Below are positions 49,501 through 54,760 of a stretch of DNA of 54,760 nt, one piece after another; position 1 is the stretch's first letter; the number at the start of each line of letters is the position of its first letter. The stretch lies in the NCBI GenBank assembly GCA_017634355.1, contig JAGBNO010000025.1:1-54760 (forward strand), read 5' to 3'. The notes below the pieces were generated by a model. The model did not search any database. It saw nothing but the letters and a program-made list of their open reading frames with translations, and had not been told where the DNA came from. Position numbers and translations under genes: made by a program. Source of the stretch: Lachnospiraceae bacterium. Its GTDB lineage: Bacteria > Bacillota > Clostridia > Lachnospirales > Lachnospiraceae.

Positions 49501-49659
49501 AGTGAGTTGCTCCATTAATTTATGAGGCAATCCTTAGTACTTTAGGACACGCTGCCGCTTACTCTTCCCCCCCCATCTCTGGCGGGGGCTTAATGAACTT
49601 CAGTTACTGATCGAGGGTAAGTCAGATAATACCGCAGAACTGCCGTAATAGAGGATTAA

Positions 49660-51591
49660 ATGAATAAGTCTGATTTTAAGCAATACGAGCCCGGCGTCTT
49701 TCTGGAAAAGGCTTTTCCCGATGATAAGATCCCGCTTCTTCAGATGCTGCACCTAAGGATGCTGGATTATCTCATAAGCCGGGGCATATCCTACGAAAGG
49801 ACAGTCGATGACTTCATGCTCCAGCTCCATACGAACCACTCCTTAAGGTGCCTTAGGGAGAGGGATAATATGGTTATCCTCTTAAATGAGGAAGGAGCGC
49901 TTATCAAGGAGAAAGGGAAATGGACTCTTCTCTTTACCCCTGAAAAAGAGGAAAAGCTTACCCTGTCTGAGGATGCTCCGCTCTATCCCGTGCTGAAAAA
50001 ATTATATAATGATGAAAAAGACGGGACTGTCTGCCGCATCAATGTCCCCCATAGGAGCCTGCGCACACTTATTTCAGGCATGGCACCCTTTTCCATCCTA
50101 GACGAGTATTGCAAGACACAGCCCGGAAGCTACCTCTCTGTCGCAGAGCAGATAGTTTATCAGGGAAACGAAGTGCTCTTAAAGCATGTACCCGTCATAA
50201 GGTATGGGAACCTTGTGACAGCAGACAAGGAAGAGATAGAGAAATACTATTCCATTAAGTCTCTTTTGGACGACTATATCTTCCAGTATGACCACAGGGA
50301 GAATGATTCCACCCTGCAGCCCCTCTCAATTGCGGTATTCGGGCCTCCCGGCTGCGGAAAGTCCTTTGGAGTGAAACAGATAGCGAAGAGCTGCGGGCGC
50401 TTCTTTATGAGCTCCATCAATCTGTCACAGTACAATTCTCCCGTGGAAATGTTCGATGCACTGCGGGGGATGCTGCAGTACCAGAATAATTCCATACCCT
50501 TAATCTTCTTTGACGAATTCGACTCAGAGCTCGCCGGCACTTCCAGGGGTTGGCTTAAGTATTTCCTTGCGCCTATGCAGGACGGGGAATATACCCTGAA
50601 TGGAAGGGTATGCTCCATAAGCGGCGCTGTCTTCGTATTTGCCGGAGCTACTGCCGCCTCCTTCAAGGAATTCCTGCCGAATAGCCCTGAAGCAGAAGAA
50701 CAGTTCCGCCTTGTGAAGGGCGTGGACTTTGTGAGCAGGCTTAAAGGGACTCTTAACATAAAGGGACCCAATCCCAGGGAGCTTACGGACAGAAGCTATA
50801 TAATCAGGCGCGCTATGCTCTTCCACGACCAGATAATCAGTAAATTCCCAGGCATTTGCAATAACGGCGAGGGACCAGTGAGTATTTCAAGAGGCCTGCT
50901 CTCTGCCCTCCTCAGGGTTTCAGAGTACAGGCACGGTACGAGATCCATAGAGCTGCTCCTGGCCATGAGCAGGCTCTCTGACGTGACCCGCTTCACCCCT
51001 TCCTGCCTGCCTGTCGATGACCAGCTGGACATACATCTGGATGTGGAGGATTTCAAGAATAAGCTGAATTTCGAGCAGATGATGGGCGGCATGGTAGATA
51101 AATATTCAGAGATCGCCCATGAGCAGTACCGGAATAAGCACTTAGAGGATGCAAAGCGGCAGGGCTGCTCCGACGAGGAGCTCAGCATCATTATGAAGGA
51201 GCCCGAAATGGCCGACTGGTCCTCCCTGGATGAGTTATTTAAATCCGGCCACCGCTCCCAGATAAGATATGTGGGAGAAAAGCTGCTCTCATACGGCATG
51301 TCCATAGGCCTGCGCCCCATTATCCCAGGAGCTACGGACAATATAACCGAGCTCTTCGGTCCGGTTCTGGAGGAGCTTGCAACGCTGGAGCACGAGAGAT
51401 GGGTCAGGGACAAACTGGCAGAGGGCTGGCACTACGGCAAGTCTCTAAATGCGGACTTAAAGTCCAGTCCTGAACTTGTACCATACGACGAACTCGATGC
51501 CTCGACCCAGGACATGATAAGGTTGTATGTGAGGAATATGCCCATCTATCTCCAGAAAATGGGCTACGAGCTGTACAAGAAGTCCTATTGA
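49660..51591 (+). CDS. AAA+ ATPase fused to C-terminal RyR (ryanodine receptor) repeats
   Basis: GPPGCGKS, FFDEFD, DFVSRL; C-terminal EHERW...GWHYG...K.SPELVPYDEL. Confidence 0.85.
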   Translation: MNKSDFKQYEPGVFLEKAFPDDKIPLLQMLHLRMLDYLISRGISYERTVDDFMLQLHTNHSLRCLRERDNMVILLNEEGALIKEKGKWTLLFTPEKEEKLTLSEDAPLYPVLKKLYNDEKDGTVCRINVPHRSLRTLISGMAPFSILDEYCKTQPGSYLSVAEQIVYQGNEVLLKHVPVIRYGNLVTADKEEIEKYYSIKSLLDDYIFQYDHRENDSTLQPLSIAVFGPPGCGKSFGVKQIAKSCGRFFMSSINLSQYNSPVEMFDALRGMLQYQNNSIPLIFFDEFDSELAGTSRGWLKYFLAPMQDGEYTLNGRVCSISGAVFVFAGATAASFKEFLPNSPEAEEQFRLVKGVDFVSRLKGTLNIKGPNPRELTDRSYIIRRAMLFHDQIISKFPGICNNGEGPVSISRGLLSALLRVSEYRHGTRSIELLLAMSRLSDVTRFTPSCLPVDDQLDIHLDVEDFKNKLNFEQMMGGMVDKYSEIAHEQYRNKHLEDAKRQGCSDEELSIIMKEPEMADWSSLDELFKSGHRSQIRYVGEKLLSYGMSIGLRPIIPGATDNITELFGPVLEELATLEHERWVRDKLAEGWHYGKSLNADLKSSPELVPYDELDASTQDMIRLYVRNMPIYLQKMGYELYKKSY

Positions 51592-51662
51592 CAGTTAGAA
51601 ACTGTAGCAGAAGTCCCTTTTTGTATTTGTGTGTACGATGATAGGGCCTGTAGAAACTTTTT

Positions 51663-52418
51663 CTACCTTATCCTGATTATCTGCTCATACAGCAGGATTT
51701 CTTCCCCATTCACATTCCTGTTGTCATGGTAATGTCCGAAAAACCATTTCTTGAAATTGACCGTCTGCCGTATCTCCTCCAGATACTTTGTCAGCAGGTC
51801 CGGTTTATAAAGCCCGCTGCCTAACAGTGCCTGGGTACTGGAAGCGCAGCAATGCGTCACGATAAAATCCACTGCATTGCCATGCGCCGCCAGGTTCCTT
51901 CGTCCCTCTTCCATCTACTCATCCGTCGGAAGCTCCCTCTCCCACCAGCTCAAATGATTTATCCTGTAGGGCAATACCCCTCTATCCAGCTTCTTTTTCT
52001 TCTGCTTAAAAGCAGGATCGTCAAGCTCCAGAATACCACCGGCTATGTCGTGGCTGCTGGCCCCTCCAAATGTAAAGAAGCTTGCTCCTTCAATGTCAAA
52101 TATCTGCCCTCTCATAAGGTGGATCACAGACGGACGTATCTTATGGACCTTCCCCCCGTGCCACTCTTCCACCGGATACCCATATAGCCTGTCAAAATTT
52201 TCATGGTTGCCATCGACAAATAGAGTTGTAAAGGACTTGCAATCCAGCCAGTCCATTAACGTGGTCTCTTCCTTGTCTTCTTTATCTTTATTCCATACTC
52301 CGCCAAAATCCCCACAGATAATGACATAATTTTCCCCTGTCATTTTCTTCTGCTCAGGAAAATTTCTGGTATTGAAGCGCCCATAATCCTGATGGCAGTC
52401 GCCGGTAATATAAATCAT
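51663..52418 (-). pseudogene. Calcineurin-like metallophosphoesterase interrupted by one in-frame TAG (51915-51917)
   Basis: GDCH, CGDFG, DGNHE, then WWERELPTDE*MEEG continuing in frame to THC and FGHYH. Confidence 0.85.
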
Positions 52419-52664
52419 TATCTCTACCCCCCATAACTTCTGCTTATGCTTGCATTATAAAACTTCTAATGCGAACTGTCATTAAACCTGCAGTATAGGT
52501 TGGGGTAGACTGACTTTATTATCTGCTTCACGCAGTCGGTTCATGGGCATTGTAATTTACAGAAAATGCTCTTTTTATTTATATACGCCTTTCCTTGGCC
52601 GCTGGGTGTTTTGCTACACAAGATCCAATTTCTTATCCAAAAAAACATCAGAAACCAAACAGGC

Positions 52665-53774
52665 TCAGTCACTGTTTACACGTCCCTTATACAGCGCATA
52701 TTGTTCAGGCGGGATATTAAGTAAATCCATTGCCTGCTCAGCCGTGTACTTCAGTTTTCCCATTATTTCTTTGATATATGCGACTGTAGCGTACTCTTTT
52801 CCCTCTTCTCTGCCTTCTTCCCTGCCTTCTTCCCTGCCCTCTTCTCTGCCTTCTTCCCTGCCCTCTTCCCTGCCTTCTTCCTTGAACATTTCCATTACTT
52901 CTGCTTCATTGTACTCTGTAAGGCACATGTTCTTCACCTCCGCCCTGTTTGCTACGATGAGCTCTTTTATTGCATAGCCATCCGGCATTTCTTCTATCGC
53001 CCTGTCTATCGCATCCTCAACCTTTAGGCGGCTTCCGTCGCCGCATGGTTTATTATAATCCCTTATCTTTGCAACAAACCACGAGTACTCCTCCAGCGGC
53101 TTGCAGACCTTCATCATCTCGGCGTTATGGCCATAGTTGATGTTGATCATCCGCACCCTTACCTCTATGTCGGGATCGGCCTCAGTAAACACCCTGTCGG
53201 TTTCAGCCTCTATCTGCTCCTTTGTAAGGCTTTTGTCGTTTATGCGCACGTTCCGCCGTATCTCTTCCTTAAATGCGTCCGAGAGCCTTAGCATGATTTC
53301 TTCTTCCTGCGCATCTTCGCCGTTATAAAAGCATACAAGCTTCGGAATCGGCAGCGGCATGAGCCTCTTCCCGTACCTATTGAGCTTTGACATATAGATG
53401 TATTTATCGTACAGCTTTCCTGCGTACATGAAGCCACGGACAGGCATGTTCGGATTGTAGGTGCTCTGCTGCTCATATAGGCCCATCGTCCTGTAAAGGC
53501 TCACCACCTCCGACACCAATATAGAGAGGTCGTTTTTCATCCCCATGTATACCGTGTCGTCTATCGTGTTGATCATGATGTCTTCAGGGTCAGAGTGCGC
53601 AGAGCCATTTATGGCATTGTATAGCGACAGCGTCCAGTCCTTATGCCCTTCTCCCCCAAAGATGAAGCTAAATAGCCTGGATTTATACTCCCTGTTTTCC
53701 TGCCCCTTCTGCTTCCATTCAAGTTCCCGTATGCGGCTGCGGAGCCCTTCGATGGTCTCTTTTTCTGTTTCCAT
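52665..53774 (-). CDS. Rpn/YhgA-like PD-(D/E)XK nuclease family protein
   Basis: KNDLS...YEQQS..NPNMP.R, P.LV.FYNG, C-terminal EEGR repeats and a short helical tail. Confidence 0.75.
   Translation of the reverse strand: METEKETIEGLRSRIRELEWKQKGQENREYKSRLFSFIFGGEGHKDWTLSLYNAINGSAHSDPEDIMINTIDDTVYMGMKNDLSILVSEVVSLYRTMGLYEQQSTYNPNMPVRGFMYAGKLYDKYIYMSKLNRYGKRLMPLPIPKLVCFYNGEDAQEEEIMLRLSDAFKEEIRRNVRINDKSLTKEQIEAETDRVFTEADPDIEVRVRMININYGHNAEMMKVCKPLEEYSWFVAKIRDYNKPCGDGSRLKVEDAIDRAIEEMPDGYAIKELIVANRAEVKNMCLTEYNEAEVMEMFKEEGREEGREEGREEGREEGREEGREEGKEYATVAYIKEIMGKLKYTAEQAMDLLNIPPEQYALYKGRVNSD
52801..52881 (-). repeat. 12-bp coding tandem repeat (EEGR, about 6.7 copies)
   Basis: CC(C/T)TCTTC(C/T)CTG units on the plus strand. 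Confidence 0.9.
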
Positions 53775-53870
53775 TTCTGCCGTATGCCTTCACCCCTTCC
53801 AGTACATCTCACTTCATGGGAACTGTTTTAGTATAACATTGAATGGTAGATATTTCCATGGTATTACTAT

Positions 53871-54265
53871 CAATGTCATTTACTTAGCTAAGCATGGCAT
53901 GGGACGAGCTGATGTTCGATTAACTTAAGCCGAAACCACTCAAATATTGATGCTAATTACAGCCGAAAGACCATATTTTACGCATCAATACTGCGGGTAA
54001 CACAGTTTTTCTGTACATTGACAAGTTTATAAGCACATCAAAAAGACGTGGGCAGAAATCTCTTTTTCAGACTGTCCTCGTCGGGAGTAATTGTAGTATA
54101 ATGTTATCGAAGTGCGGTTTTTTTCGGTTAATTCCGATAGCAGAAGCTGATAGGGAGTTTAAACCGATGCTGACGTGCGAAGGCTCTTCCGGGTCTGATT
54201 GGTTCAATGTTTTGGACAATCAGATCCTCCACCTTTTTAAATCTGTAAAAAACCTCTTCCCAATG
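53871..54265 (-). mobile_element. IS4-family transposon remnant (transposase C-terminus plus right end)
   Basis: Minus frame 54265-54128 reads ...KVEDLIVQNIEPIRPGRAFARQHRFKLPISFCYRN*; TIR-like CAATGTCATT at 53871. Confidence 0.6.
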
Positions 54266-54386
54266 GAAGAATCTTCCCACAGCAGAGCTACGGGGCATGA
54301 CCTGACTTCTTCTTAGCTAGATCCGCCCCGAAGAGGCGGGGTATTTGATCCCACGGAAATGCCATCGGAAGCACCCCTGTGACCCG

Positions 54387-54760
54387 TTATATCTTATAGC
54401 TTCCTCCCAAATTACCTCCCTTAAAAGTAATGATCCCACTGTCAATGTCGTAACTCCACTCGGATTTTTTCGATTTGTACTGTTTTCCGGATATCATAAC
54501 CTTGACGGATTTCAGGGAACCGTCTTTCTTTTTCGTAACCACTACACTATCGGATGCCTTCACATAATACGGATTAACTGTAAAACTCAAACCCCTGTCT
54601 CCCCTTGTTACCTTCCTGATCTCCTTCACTACAGCCTGGTCCGCGCCGGAAAGTTCTCTGATCTGAATCCGGCGTTTTTTCTTATTTACCTTTATCTTCG
54701 TGACTTTGTATTCAGCGCCATTATATGAGACCGACATTTCCCCAAAGCTGGAAGCTGACA
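54387..54760 (-). CDS. C-terminal part of a gene entering from the right edge (Lys-rich beta domain, probable surface protein)
   Basis: Frame is open from the window end (SASSFGEMSVSYNG...) to the stop at 54387. Confidence 0.65.
   Translation of the reverse strand, partial: SASSFGEMSVSYNGAEYKVTKIKVNKKKRRIQIRELSGADQAVVKEIRKVTRGDRGLSFTVNPYYVKASDSVVVTKKKDGSLKSVKVMISGKQYKSKKSEWSYDIDSGIITFKGGNLGGSYKI

Noticed and set aside
51915-51917. Genome-wide TAG recoding or pyrrolysine
   Set aside because: dnaE and the DtxR-family gene end normally at TAG, and no pyl genes are in the window
52543-52977. Plus-strand ORF with LPSS repeats
   Set aside because: Antisense reading of the EEGR repeat

Overview
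A 54.8 kb chromosomal window from a Firmicute, most likely a Lachnospiraceae member (inferred from DUF6465, YjfB, type-2 IleRS and the CdaR-ftsE-ftsX-S41 gene order). The core genes are dnaE, rdgB, an RNA methyltransferase, dfx, htrA, ftsEX, pncB, ileS, glgP, an aconitase-like hydratase and purC. A surface-glycosylation set is also present: GT2-GtrA, four GT-C-like membrane proteins and a PIG-L deacetylase. Three accessory patches interrupt the core. (1) 1-2.65 kb: two AAA+ ATPase genes, one with a 33-bp-period palindromic array across its promoter. (2) 17.2-24.1 kb: a degenerate HEPN-like gene, an orphan CpaF, pseudogenes and a double-glycine-leader zinc-ribbon peptide. (3) 48.8-54.8 kb: a second double-glycine-leader mini-protein, an AAA+ ATPase fused to tandem RyR repeats, a nonsense-interrupted phosphoesterase, an Rpn-like nuclease with a strong internal RBS, and an IS4 remnant. 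The intergenic DNA holds several families of short palindromic or IS-end-like repeats, one with compensatory base changes between copies. No rRNA, tRNA or CRISPR array was seen. All family assignments come from recognising motifs by eye, not from database searches.
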